Counted from the stretch's first letter, positions 42,123 to 51,705 are shown. The stretch: 64,000 nt of DNA from Bacteroidales bacterium (GCA_045116675.1 JBGUMF010000048.1:3751-67750); one strand, 5' to 3'. Translations and numbers: made by a program. The notes: a model not told the origin generated them from the letters alone.

Positions 42123-42920
42123 TTACATGGGTTTTATTCGTTTGGCAATACGGGCGCACAGGCCTGGGAAAAACCGTTTTACATATACCATGATGAGTTC
42201 CTTGCGTCCCACGAGCACCTCGCGTTTGCCTTTGTCAATGGCCTTCTGGATTATTTTCGCGGCCTGGTCGGGGGAAAGCCCTCCGCCCTGACCGGGGTCC
42301 ATTTTGCCGTGTGGCTGGCCGCCCTTGTCCAAAGCCCGTAACGAGATGTTGGTCCGCACGCGTCCCGGGCATACGATGGTCACACGGATGTTGCGGTCCG
42401 AATATTCGGCCTGCAGGGTCTCGAAGAAACCGTAGAGGGCATGTTTGGAGGAACAGTAGCCGCAGCGCAGCGGGAATCCGAATCGTCCGGCGATGGAGGT
42501 GGTCACGGCGATGTGGCCGCCGCCCGCCGCCAGCATCTTCGGCAGCACGGTCTTGGCGATGGCCACCGGGGCGAAGTAGTTGATTTCCATAAGCTGGCGT
42601 ATCATCCCCATGGAGGTGTCCTCCACCGTGGTGCGCTGGCTGATGCCGGCGTTGCAATACAGGATGTCGATGCGGTTGAACGCACGCCAGGCTTCTTCGG
42701 CCAGTGCCTCGATGCCGTCCGGTTGCTGCAAGTCGTAGGGTAGGGCATGGACTTTCGCGCCAAGGTCACGGCATTTGGCCACCACCGGCACCAACTCTTC
42801 TGCTGTCAAGGCGGTCAGGACCAGGGAGGCGTGCTCTGCGGCATAGCGGTAGGCGCACGCTTCCCCGATGCCGGAGGAAGCCCCTGTAATCCAGATTACT
42901 TGTCCGTTTCGTTCTGTCAT
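42123..42920 (-). CDS. SDR ketoreductase (candidate dehydrocapnine / 3-keto-sphingoid reductase, CapC-type)
   Basis: ITGASSGIGEA, CNAG and YCSSK. Lies directly downstream of the alpha-oxoamine synthase. Confidence 0.8.
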   Translation of the reverse strand: MTERNGQVIWITGASSGIGEACAYRYAAEHASLVLTALTAEELVPVVAKCRDLGAKVHALPYDLQQPDGIEALAEEAWRAFNRIDILYCNAGISQRTTVEDTSMGMIRQLMEINYFAPVAIAKTVLPKMLAAGGGHIAVTTSIAGRFGFPLRCGYCSSKHALYGFFETLQAEYSDRNIRVTIVCPGRVRTNISLRALDKGGQPHGKMDPGQGGGLSPDQAAKIIQKAIDKGKREVLVGRKELIMVYVKRFFPGLCARIAKRIKPM

Positions 42921-42947
42921 GATATCGGTTTGTGTTGTATGATGCCG

Positions 42948-44207
42948 TTAAAGAGCCATGTTGGGGATCTCGTGGTCGTAGTCGCCCTTGGCCAGACGCT
43001 CCTTGATGTCGCGGAAGGCATCCAGGGTGCGGTCCACGTCCTCGATGCTGTGCGCGGCGGTGGGGATGATGCGGAAGATCAGCATTCCGGGAGGAATGAC
43101 CGGGTAGGTGACGATAGAGCAGAAGATGTTGTAGTTCTCGCGCAGATCGACGGCGATGTTGGTGGCCTGGTTCACGCCGCATTTCAGGTGCACGGGCGTG
43201 ACGCATGCCTCCGCGGGACCGATTTCGTAGCCGAGGTCGCGGAAGCCCTTCTGGAGCCGGCGGGTGACCTCCCACAGGTGGGCACGACGGGCATCGCCTT
43301 CGGCACTGCGGATGATCTCCAGACGTTTCAGACAGCCTTCCACGATGGGCATGGGCAGCGATTTGGCGTACATCTGCGAGCGCATGTTGTATTTCAGATA
43401 ATCGATGATGGCCTTCTCCGTGGCGACGAAACCGCCGATGGTGGCCATGGACTTGGCGTAGGCACCGATGTAGATGTCAATGTCGTCCATCACGCCGAAA
43501 TGTTCGGAGGTGCCGCGTCCGTTAGGTCCCATCACGCCGAAACCGTGCGCATCGTCGATGAGGATGCGGAATTTGTATTTTTTCTTCAGGGCGGCAATCT
43601 GGTCCAGGATGCCCAGTGCGCCGGTCATGCCGAAGACACCTTCTGTGATGAGCAGCACGCCGCCGCCGTTCTGGTCGGCCACCTCGGTGGCATGAGCCAT
43701 CACGCGGTCGCAGTCCTCGATGTTGTTGTGGCGGAATTTGTACTTGTGGCCCAGATGCAGACGGATGCCGTCCAGCAGGCAGGCGTGTGCCTCTGCGTCA
43801 TACACGATGACATCGTGGCGGTTCACCAGCGAGTCGATGGTGGAGAGGATGCCCTGGTAGCCGAAGTTGAACTCGAAGGCGGCCTCTTTGCCCTCGAACT
43901 CGGCCAGCTCGCGCTCCAGTTTCTCGTGCAGGGCCGTTTGCCCCGTCATCATACGGCTGCCCATCGGGTAGGCCATACCCCAGCGGGCTGCAGCCTCCGC
44001 GTCGGTCTTTCTGATCTCCGGGTGGTTGGCAAGACCCAGGTAGTTGTTGAGGCTCCAGCAGAGCACTTCTTTGCCGTTGAAACGCATGTGCGGACCCAAT
44101 TCGCCTTCCAGTTTCGGGAAAGTGAAATAACCTTCCGCTTTATCACGGTATTGCCCGATAGGGCCGCCCGTGGATTGTTTGATTCTTTCGAAAATGTCTT
44201 TTTGCAT
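42948..44207 (-). CDS. alpha-oxoamine synthase family PLP enzyme (candidate cysteate-C-fatty-acyltransferase, CapB/SulA-type; serine palmitoyltransferase is the alternative)
   Basis: ...NNYLGLANHP..., DDAHGFGVMG, and PLP-lysine context YAKSMA. 419 aa, typical of the AONS/SPT fold. Confidence 0.8.
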   Translation of the reverse strand: MQKDIFERIKQSTGGPIGQYRDKAEGYFTFPKLEGELGPHMRFNGKEVLCWSLNNYLGLANHPEIRKTDAEAAARWGMAYPMGSRMMTGQTALHEKLERELAEFEGKEAAFEFNFGYQGILSTIDSLVNRHDVIVYDAEAHACLLDGIRLHLGHKYKFRHNNIEDCDRVMAHATEVADQNGGGVLLITEGVFGMTGALGILDQIAALKKKYKFRILIDDAHGFGVMGPNGRGTSEHFGVMDDIDIYIGAYAKSMATIGGFVATEKAIIDYLKYNMRSQMYAKSLPMPIVEGCLKRLEIIRSAEGDARRAHLWEVTRRLQKGFRDLGYEIGPAEACVTPVHLKCGVNQATNIAVDLRENYNIFCSIVTYPVIPPGMLIFRIIPTAAHSIEDVDRTLDAFRDIKERLAKGDYDHEIPNMAL

Positions 44208-44230
44208 AATGTTATAAATGTGATTGTTAA

Positions 44231-45316
44231 TTAATTGTCTGATTTGCTGACCTTTTCACGGGATACTAAGCCCATGGCTTTGAACAGGAATTTGGGCAGG
44301 GGCTTCTCCCGTTTCCGGTTGATGAGGTCGATGAACCATCCGAGCTTCTTGATGACGGGAATCTTGTGGGTCTCCACAAATTCTATCAGGGTGCCGTCCG
44401 GGTCTTCAATGTAGGTGAAATGGCCGGAGGCATCGCCCATGTCAAAGACCTCGTTGTCGGGACAGCTGTCCACGGTGAAGGGATGGCCTTTCGAGGCGCA
44501 GAACTCGCCCAGCTTTTTCATGTTGGTGATGTCGAAGCAGAGCTGGATGAACCCCGGGTCGCCCCAGTAACGTCCTTCATAAATTTTCCTTGGCGTGCGG
44601 TCCAATGCCTGCACCAGCTCGATGCTGCCTTTCGGCATAATCTCGGACAACGGTCCTTTGGGCTTGGAGGGGTCTTTGAGCAGCACGCGACGGTACTGTT
44701 CGCCGGAGCCGGGCATGATCTGCCAGTCGTCGAACTGGCCGGTTTCATCGTAAATCACCTGCTCGTAGCCCAGCACTTCACGGTAAAAACGCACGGAAGC
44801 ATCCATGTCGGTGACCCCGATGACCGCGCCCGCCACGCCACCGGTGAGACAATGCTGTTCAATGTATATGTCGGATTGCTCCACCACCTGGAGGCAATTG
44901 CCGTACAGGTCACGAATGTACAGGCAGGGCGTTCCGTCGGGTAGGGCGGATATGGCGCTGCAGTCCGGCCATTTCGAGGAGGCGAATGCATGAAATGCTT
45001 TCACGTCGCGGCATTTGATCTTGGCGGCGAAAATGCCAAGGTCGCCCACGGCGATGTCAAAGGCCACCGGCACGGGCGTGCGCTCGCTGTACTGCCAGAT
45101 CTCCAAACCGCCGCCGCCCTGCAGGCTCACGGCGATGCAGGCATGCCGCTTCTGCGGCTGGTTGCCCGTGTAGGGGAGCATCCGCTCCGCCACCGTGTCG
45201 TCTTCCAAAATCTTGATGTCAATGCCGAACATGTCGATGTACCAGTCCCACGACTTCCGCATATCTACGGTTCCTACACCAACTTGTTGAATGCCGGAAA
45301 TAAAAAAATCACTCAT
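44231..45316 (-). CDS. two-domain VOC (glyoxalase/dioxygenase-fold) protein
   Basis: Two repeated beta-alpha-beta-beta-beta-type halves (GIQQVGVGTVDM... and VAGAVIGVTDMDASVRFY...). First gene after the operon promoter. Confidence 0.65.
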   Translation of the reverse strand: MSDFFISGIQQVGVGTVDMRKSWDWYIDMFGIDIKILEDDTVAERMLPYTGNQPQKRHACIAVSLQGGGGLEIWQYSERTPVPVAFDIAVGDLGIFAAKIKCRDVKAFHAFASSKWPDCSAISALPDGTPCLYIRDLYGNCLQVVEQSDIYIEQHCLTGGVAGAVIGVTDMDASVRFYREVLGYEQVIYDETGQFDDWQIMPGSGEQYRRVLLKDPSKPKGPLSEIMPKGSIELVQALDRTPRKIYEGRYWGDPGFIQLCFDITNMKKLGEFCASKGHPFTVDSCPDNEVFDMGDASGHFTYIEDPDGTLIEFVETHKIPVIKKLGWFIDLINRKREKPLPKFLFKAMGLVSREKVSKSDN

Positions 45317-45348
45317 AAATGGTAAAAGCTTTTACTAATTTTAGGCTG

Positions 45349-45356
45349 CAAAGATA
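45349..45356 (-). promoter_or_regulatory. -7 box of the nine-gene operon
   Basis: Reverse strand TATCTTTG (followed by CAGCC), 33 nt upstream of the start at 45316. No other box was seen inside the operon. Confidence 0.5.
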
Positions 45357-45436
45357 ACAAAAGATATTGCTATCTCGGAATTTTTGGGTGGAATAATGTG
45401 ATGAAATGTCTGTTGCTAATGATAAGATTTTGAAAA

Positions 45437-46231
45437 TCAGAGTATTCTCTTGATAATCCGAAGGGTATGGGTATAGCGGCCCATCGATTGGTTGAATATG
45501 CCGTTTTCGTCTAAGGTATTGATTTGGACGAATCCGGAGGCGTGGAGGATTTGCTGGTGCCCGCACACGATGCCCGTGTGAACGATCTGGCCTTCGTCGT
45601 TGGCGAAAAAGGCCACGTCGCCGATTTGGGCTTCCTCCACAAAATCAACCACCTCGCCGTGGTTGATTTGCTGGGAGGCGTCGCGGGGCAGGTTGATGTC
45701 CAGGCTGCGGAAGACCATCTGCACGAAGCCGGAGCAGTCGATGCCGGCAGGTGTGCGTCCGCCCCACAGGTAGGGGGCGTTAAGGTAATGGAAGGCGAAA
45801 GCGAGCAGGTCGTCCTGTTGCGGGGTCAGGCCTTCGTGATGGAGGGGTTCGGCAGGCTCGGGCAGCTCCACGGTGAAGCTTTGTCTTCCCAAGGTGAACC
45901 GCCCGTTGTCCGGCATGGGGAAGGAACTCCCGATGCATACCGGGAAGGCGATATGGGTGGCCGCATTGCGTACATACAGGAAGGTGTCGCGCACAAAATA
46001 ACGGGGCGTGTTCCGGAGCAGTTCCAGCTCCTCATCTGTCAGCGGCGTGTGCTGCTTGCGGGGCAGCCAGCCTTCGTAGGCGCAGTCGTGCGTGCTGATT
46101 TTGAGCCATTCGTCGGCACACTCTACAACCGAATAGGTCTCGCCGAACAGCAGTTGGGAAACCATTTCGGAACGGTGGGAGGCCTCAGCTCTCAGGGCCG
46201 CCGACATCCAGGTGCATACACCATGTTCCAT
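45437..46231 (-). CDS. NlpC/P60 (C40) peptidase with N-terminal SH3-like domains
   Basis: YLWGGRTPAGIDCSGFVQMVF...HTGIV catalytic Cys/His context. Confidence 0.85.
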   Translation of the reverse strand: MEHGVCTWMSAALRAEASHRSEMVSQLLFGETYSVVECADEWLKISTHDCAYEGWLPRKQHTPLTDEELELLRNTPRYFVRDTFLYVRNAATHIAFPVCIGSSFPMPDNGRFTLGRQSFTVELPEPAEPLHHEGLTPQQDDLLAFAFHYLNAPYLWGGRTPAGIDCSGFVQMVFRSLDINLPRDASQQINHGEVVDFVEEAQIGDVAFFANDEGQIVHTGIVCGHQQILHASGFVQINTLDENGIFNQSMGRYTHTLRIIKRIL

Positions 46232-46270
46232 AATTCCGGAATCTTGGATGAATATTTCAGAAGATGGGGT

Positions 46271-46717
46271 TTAGAACGGCAGGTCGTCGCCTATACCGTT
46301 GTCGGTGAACGTGTCGCCAGCCGGTTCCAGGTCGGGCAGCTGCGTGTTGGCGGGATTCACCGTATGCTGCGGGGCGGGGTTGAAGTTAGGTTGGGCAGGG
46401 TAGGTGAAGTCTCCGCCTTGGGGAGGCATGGGAACACCAACTTGCGGACGCTCCAGTTTCCAGGCCTTCACATCCGTGTACCATCTGCCGTTGAACTCCC
46501 GGGATTCCAGGTCGAAAGAGACTTTTATCAAGTCGCCGATGTTGTACTGGTTGAGCTGGTCAATCTTGTCGCCCCAGAGGTTGGCGCATATTTTTCTCGG
46601 ATACTGGTCTTCGGTTTCAATGACGAATTCCTGTTTCTGCCAGGTGTTCCCCTTGGAACTGGTCCCACCCACAGGTTGCATTTTCTGGATTAATCTTCCT
46701 GTTATTTCTAATGACAT
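46271..46717 (-). CDS. DUF3127 domain protein
   Basis: MSLEITGRLIQKMQPVGGTSSKGNTWQKQEFVIET...LWGDKIDQL is the OB-like DUF3127 pattern. Low-complexity Pro-rich tail. Confidence 0.7.
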   Translation of the reverse strand: MSLEITGRLIQKMQPVGGTSSKGNTWQKQEFVIETEDQYPRKICANLWGDKIDQLNQYNIGDLIKVSFDLESREFNGRWYTDVKAWKLERPQVGVPMPPQGGDFTYPAQPNFNPAPQHTVNPANTQLPDLEPAGDTFTDNGIGDDLPF

Positions 46718-46738
46718 TGTATTAAAAGTAAAAATGTG

Positions 46739-47728
46739 TTATTGTGAATCTTTTTTCTTGTCTTTTTTGCCAAAAACGGTGACGTTGATGTATTTTGACG
46801 GGTGGGCCTTGAGGTCTTTCACGAGTTCGTTGAGGCTTTCCAAGGTCTTGTTGATGTTAGAGTAGAGGGTGTCGTTGTTGATCAGCTGGCCGGCGGTGCC
46901 CTCGCCTGATTCTATCTTGGCGGTGATGGCGTTGACGTTGGCCATCGTCTTTCCGGCGTCGTTCATCAGGGCGTTGATGTTGGCTTTCGCCAGCGAGTCG
47001 GAGATGTGGTCAAGGTTCTGGATGATAGCGTTGATTTGCGGGGAGGCGTCGCTCAGCGTGTTGCTTAACGTGCTCAGCTTGTTGACGATGTCGTTGACGG
47101 AGCTTTCGTTGGCGGCGAGGATCCGGTTGAGGTGGCGGGTGGAGGCCTCAAGGTTCACGAGAGTGGCTTTCAGCATGAGGGCGCCGTTTTCTTCATCGGT
47201 CGGCAGGAAGGCCGTCTTGACAGTTTGGCCGATGGTGTCCACGGAGGCCATGACGCTGTGGAGCTGCACGAGGATGTCGTCCAGGCCGTCCAGCATGCCG
47301 CCCGCCACAGAGCAGGCCAGCGTGTCGCCGCTGCGGGCCATCTTGGACGAGGTGCCCAGCAGGAGGTTGACGCCGGTGCCGCCCAGCACGTCTGTCTGGA
47401 CCACCTCGAGGCGGGAGTCCGACGGGATATCCACGTCTTCCGTGACCAGTATCTTGGCGCAGATGCGCACGGGCCTGGAACTCTGCATGGTGATCTGGCT
47501 CACCTTCCCGATGGGGAACCCGTTCAGGGACACGGTGGTGCTTTCGTGCAGACTGCCGATGTTGTCGAATATGGCGTAGTAATAGGTCTTTTTGCCGAAG
47601 ACGTTGATGCCTTTCAGAAGGCTGGCGCCAAAGTAGAACACGATCATGGCCGTAATGCAGAAGATGGCCACTTTCATGTTGCGGATGTTTTTTTCCGAAT
47701 ATTCCTGTTTATCTTTCTTATCGCTCAT
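46739..47728 (-). CDS. MlaD/MCE family protein
   Basis: N-terminal TM, MCE beta-barrel region (...VSLNGFPIGKVSQI...) and a helical C-terminus. Confidence 0.75.
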   Translation of the reverse strand: MSDKKDKQEYSEKNIRNMKVAIFCITAMIVFYFGASLLKGINVFGKKTYYYAIFDNIGSLHESTTVSLNGFPIGKVSQITMQSSRPVRICAKILVTEDVDIPSDSRLEVVQTDVLGGTGVNLLLGTSSKMARSGDTLACSVAGGMLDGLDDILVQLHSVMASVDTIGQTVKTAFLPTDEENGALMLKATLVNLEASTRHLNRILAANESSVNDIVNKLSTLSNTLSDASPQINAIIQNLDHISDSLAKANINALMNDAGKTMANVNAITAKIESGEGTAGQLINNDTLYSNINKTLESLNELVKDLKAHPSKYINVTVFGKKDKKKDSQ

Positions 47729-47747
47729 GCGGCATATTTTGGAGCCG

Positions 47748-47755
47748 CAAAAATA
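47748..47755 (-). promoter_or_regulatory. -7 box
   Basis: Reverse strand TATTTTTG, 20 nt upstream of the start at 47728. Confidence 0.4.
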
Positions 47756-48961
47756 TCATTTTTTCTGCAATTTCAAAGCCTCCTTCTCGCTTATTTTTTT
47801 GCCGTTTTGGAAAGCGATGACAAAAGCGTCCGGGAATTTGCGTTTCACTTCGGTGAGAATTTCGCGGATGGCTTCGTGGGAGGTTTCGTTGCCGGCGGTG
47901 TATTTCCAGAGGTTGTTTTCAAAATAGCGGTCCACCTTGGGCAGGTTGCGGAAACGGCTGTCGGTGAGGGGGAGTTTCTCCGGCGAGGCCAGGAACTGCA
48001 CTTTGAAGCGGATGACGTTGCTGTCGGGGACTACCTCCTCGGCGATGGCTTGCAGCTTCTCCTGCTCCGGTTTCTCCGGCTTGGGCGTGACGGTCCCGGT
48101 GGGCACGTTCTCCTGCGGGATGTTCTCTTTCACGATTATAGGCTTCGGTGCGGCGGGCGTGACGGCCTCGTGCGCGTGCGGCTGGCTGTTGGTGACGGCG
48201 GCCAGGTAGTCCACGAAGGCGTTGTATATGCTGGCAGCCTCCTTCTTGCGGTTCTCCGTTGAGGAGAGGAAAGCCTCGTCGTTCTTGTTGCTCAGGAAGC
48301 CCATCTCGATGAGGATGCTGGGCATGGCCACCTTGTAGAGCACCCAGAAACCGGCCTGCTTCACGCCGCGGTTGACGAGGTGCGTACTGGCGATGAGGTT
48401 CTTCTGCACCTTGTCGGCCAGCATCACCGAGTTCTTCAGGTAGGCGGATGAGTAGAGCGAGAAGAGCACGTTGGCCTCCGGCGAGTTGGGGTCGAAGCCG
48501 TCGTAGTTGTTCTTGTAGTTCTTCTCTTTCAGCATGGCGGCGTTCTCGGCCCGCGCCACCGCCTGGTTGGCCTCGCTCTTGTGCAGGCCCATCACCCACG
48601 TTTCGATACCGTTGCCGATGTGGTCCTCCGAAGCGTTGCAGTGGAATGAGATGAACAAATCGGCGTGCTCGGCGTTCGCGATCTGCGCCCGACGGTACAA
48701 CTCGACGAACACGTCGGTCTTGCGGGTGTAGATCACCTTCACCTCCGGACAATGGTCGCTGATGAGCTTGCCCACCATGAGGGCGATGTCCAGACTTACA
48801 TCTTTTTCCTTCAGATGACTGCCCAGACAGCCGGAGTCGTGACCGCCGTGTCCCGCGTCAATAACCACTTTGAAGGTCTTCTCCTGCGCCTGTATGCATA
48901 GGGGCGAAACAAGAAAAAGTGCGAGGAAATATACGAATATCTGTTTTTTAAAGTTCATCAT
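47756..48961 (-). CDS. N-acetylmuramoyl-L-alanine amidase (Amidase_3) with a C-terminal SPOR-like domain
   Basis: IDAGHGGHDSG, FISFHCNA, a Pro-rich linker, then FKVQFLAS...AFVIAFQNGKKIS. Confidence 0.85.
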   Translation of the reverse strand: MMNFKKQIFVYFLALFLVSPLCIQAQEKTFKVVIDAGHGGHDSGCLGSHLKEKDVSLDIALMVGKLISDHCPEVKVIYTRKTDVFVELYRRAQIANAEHADLFISFHCNASEDHIGNGIETWVMGLHKSEANQAVARAENAAMLKEKNYKNNYDGFDPNSPEANVLFSLYSSAYLKNSVMLADKVQKNLIASTHLVNRGVKQAGFWVLYKVAMPSILIEMGFLSNKNDEAFLSSTENRKKEAASIYNAFVDYLAAVTNSQPHAHEAVTPAAPKPIIVKENIPQENVPTGTVTPKPEKPEQEKLQAIAEEVVPDSNVIRFKVQFLASPEKLPLTDSRFRNLPKVDRYFENNLWKYTAGNETSHEAIREILTEVKRKFPDAFVIAFQNGKKISEKEALKLQKK

Positions 48962-48999
48962 TTTGGAGATTTTGATTATTTTTGCCGATTTTAAAATCG

Positions 49000-49007
49000 C
49001 AAAGGTA
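49000..49007 (-). promoter_or_regulatory. -7 box
   Basis: Reverse strand TACCTTTG, 39 nt upstream of the start at 48961. Confidence 0.4.
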
Positions 49008-49084
49008 TTTTTTTTGTATTTGTTATAAAGGGTTTGTCTGAAAAATTATACACAATAGTTTTTTCATATTTCGGGAGATTGATT

Positions 49085-51637
49085 ATGCTCTTCATTTTCA
49101 GTCTCTTGACGGTGTGTGCGACAGCCCAGGATGTGCATGGGCGAAGGCCTGTTAGACATACGCAGGACACTTCGGTTTATTCCCGACAGCCGGTGAAAAT
49201 GGATTCGCTTGTGCGCGATTCTGTCGTCCGGCATCCCAAGCGCATTTCCCAAAATGCGGTGAAATCCGTCGTCTTCTACAGCGCAAAGGACTCCACCGTC
49301 AACGACCTGAACCGCCGATACACCTATCTTTTCGGGGATGCGGTGGTGAAATACGAGGATCTGGAACTCCGTGCCGATTATATTGAGATAGACTTCAAAA
49401 ACAGCGAGTTGTATGCCTCCGGTGTGGCCGATTCCAACGGCAACGTGCACGGCAGTCCGCTCTTTATCCAGGGTGAGTCCCGTTACCGTGCCCACGAGAT
49501 CAAGTATAATTTTACCACCCAGAAGGGCAAGATTACCCATGTGATCACCACGCAGGACGAGGGTTTCATTCATGGGGAGCAGATCAAGAAGATGGGCGAC
49601 AATGTGGCTTTCCTCAAGAACGGAAAATACACGACCTGTGAGCTGGACCATCCCCATTACGAGATTGATTTCACCAAGGCCAAGCTGATCCAGCACGACA
49701 AGATTGTCATCGGGCCCGCCTACCTGAGCTTCACGGGGGTGCCCACCCCGCTGGCGGTGCCGTTCGGCTTCTTCCCGCTGGACAAGGGCCGCCGTTCCGG
49801 CTTCGTGATGCCCTCTTTCGGCCAGTCCACCAACCTCGGATTCTATCTTCAGGACCTTGGTTACTACTTCGCCATCAACGACAACCTTGACCTGCTCCTC
49901 GGCGCCGATGTCTATACGCGAGGCAGCTGGGGCATCAAGGCGAAATCCAACTACGTGTTCCGCTACATCTGCACGGGCAATGTGCATCTGGAGTTCGCCC
50001 AGACCCGCGTCGGCGACAAGTTGGATTCCACTTACCGCTGTTCCAACAATTTCAAAATCTATTGGGACCACAAACAGGATATCAAGTCCCATCCCACCAC
50101 GCGTTTCAATGCCCACATCGATATTGTCAGCTCCAATTACGCCAAATACAACCTCACCTCGACACAGGATTATCTCTCCAACCAGTACAGCTCCTCCATC
50201 AACGTGTCCACCTCCGCGCGCGACATCTTCTTCCTGGATGCCACGCTTTCCTACTCCCAGAACACGAGAACCCAGGAGGTGAACTTCAAACTGCCGGATA
50301 TGAACATGTCGGTAGTGCAGTTTTATCCGTTCCGGAAGAAAAACAAGGCGGGCATGCTGAAATGGTACGACAACATCTCGTTGAAGTGGTCTTCCCAGTT
50401 TACCGGGCAGATTGACACCTACGACACGCTGTTCCTGAAACCCGAGACGTGGGAGTCAATCAATGTGGGCATGCGCCATGTGATTCCCCTTACCATCCCC
50501 ATCAAGATTGCGAAGCTCGTCAACTGGAACACCACGGCCACACTGACGGAGAAATGGTATCTGCAGTCCTACACCCGCGACATGACCATCGACACGCTGG
50601 ATGATATACCCACCGTGACGTATAACCAGTATTTCCATCGGGGTTTCAAGATGTTGCACGACTTGAACCTATCCTCGTCGCTCTCCACGAAAATCTATGT
50701 GATGTACAGCTTCAAGAAGGGTGGGCTGCAGGCCATCCGCCACATCGTGACCCCGAACCTGAGTTTCATCTACCGTCCGAATCTGTCTGGCGGCACCATG
50801 GCCCACTACTTCAACCCGATCACGGGCGAGCAGGTCGAGTATTCGATGTTCGACAACGCCATCTTCGGAGGGGTCACGACGCAGACGCAGGCGCTGGCGC
50901 AGCTCTCCTTCGGCAACAACGTGGAAATCAAGGTGCGTTCGCGCAAGGATACGATCACCGGTTTCAAAAAGGTGCCGCTGATCGATAACCTGAACATAAG
51001 TATGTACTACAACTTCGCCGCCGACTCGCTGCGCTGGTCCAAGCTGACCCTCAACGGCCGGAGTACGCTCTTCAAGCAACTTTACCTGACCTACAATTTT
51101 GCCTTCGACCCATACGTCATCGGGGAGAACGGCAACCGGGTCAACCGCTTTGAGGTCAAGGAGAACCACCGTCTGTTCCGTCTCTCATCCACTGATTTCA
51201 GCCTGGCCCTCAATTGGCGGCTGGACCAGAACACTTTCAAATCCAAAAAGAAGAAGGAGGAGGTCAAGCGACTGCCATGGTCGCTGACGCTGAATTACAC
51301 CTTCACCTACGGCATCAATGACAATATATATTATTATATGCGGATGGACACCGTCCTCTACAAGCACAACATGGTCCACACCATCAATGTGGTGGGTGAT
51401 TTCCACATCACCAAGAAGTGGCGGGTGGGCTTCACCACGGGGTACGATTTTGTGCAGAAGAAGCTTTCCTACACCTCCATCGACATCCATCGCGACATGC
51501 ATTGTTGGGAGATGAGTTTCAACTGGGTGCCCTTTGGATACCGCAAGGGATGGGCATTCCAGATCAACGTCAAGGCTGCCGTGCTCAAGGATGTGCTTAA
51601 ACTTCCGTTGCATCAGGATTACCGTGATAATCTGTAA
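49085..51637 (+). CDS. lptD: LptD-like outer-membrane LPS assembly protein
   Basis: Signal peptide MLFIFSLLTVCATAQ. OstA-like N-domain (GDAVVKYEDLELRADYIEIDF...). Large aromatic-rich beta-barrel. Start moved to an ATG because the track start is TTG. Confidence 0.7.
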   Translation: MLFIFSLLTVCATAQDVHGRRPVRHTQDTSVYSRQPVKMDSLVRDSVVRHPKRISQNAVKSVVFYSAKDSTVNDLNRRYTYLFGDAVVKYEDLELRADYIEIDFKNSELYASGVADSNGNVHGSPLFIQGESRYRAHEIKYNFTTQKGKITHVITTQDEGFIHGEQIKKMGDNVAFLKNGKYTTCELDHPHYEIDFTKAKLIQHDKIVIGPAYLSFTGVPTPLAVPFGFFPLDKGRRSGFVMPSFGQSTNLGFYLQDLGYYFAINDNLDLLLGADVYTRGSWGIKAKSNYVFRYICTGNVHLEFAQTRVGDKLDSTYRCSNNFKIYWDHKQDIKSHPTTRFNAHIDIVSSNYAKYNLTSTQDYLSNQYSSSINVSTSARDIFFLDATLSYSQNTRTQEVNFKLPDMNMSVVQFYPFRKKNKAGMLKWYDNISLKWSSQFTGQIDTYDTLFLKPETWESINVGMRHVIPLTIPIKIAKLVNWNTTATLTEKWYLQSYTRDMTIDTLDDIPTVTYNQYFHRGFKMLHDLNLSSSLSTKIYVMYSFKKGGLQAIRHIVTPNLSFIYRPNLSGGTMAHYFNPITGEQVEYSMFDNAIFGGVTTQTQALAQLSFGNNVEIKVRSRKDTITGFKKVPLIDNLNISMYYNFAADSLRWSKLTLNGRSTLFKQLYLTYNFAFDPYVIGENGNRVNRFEVKENHRLFRLSSTDFSLALNWRLDQNTFKSKKKKEEVKRLPWSLTLNYTFTYGINDNIYYYMRMDTVLYKHNMVHTINVVGDFHITKKWRVGFTTGYDFVQKKLSYTSIDIHRDMHCWEMSFNWVPFGYRKGWAFQINVKAAVLKDVLKLPLHQDYRDNL

Positions 51638-51705
51638 GTTAGCACAATCTTTCTTTTTGTTGAAAAAAACTGTTTGGGCTTGATTGTTTCATGCTACAAT
51701 TTTTG

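Noticed and set aside
42123-42920. SDR as a FabG of fatty-acid synthesis.
   Set aside because: No fab genes are adjacent. It is translationally packed between the alpha-oxoamine synthase and the Hdr-like genes, so a pathway-specific ketoreductase is more likely. It cannot be excluded without phylogeny.
40455-44234. Two long plus-strand ORFs (545 aa and 495 aa) opposite the Hdr-like, SDR and AOS genes.
   Set aside because: Shadow ORFs rich in Gly/His/Val/Ala/Asp repeats. The minus-strand genes carry diagnostic Fe-S, CCG, SDR and PLP motifs and tight operon junctions.
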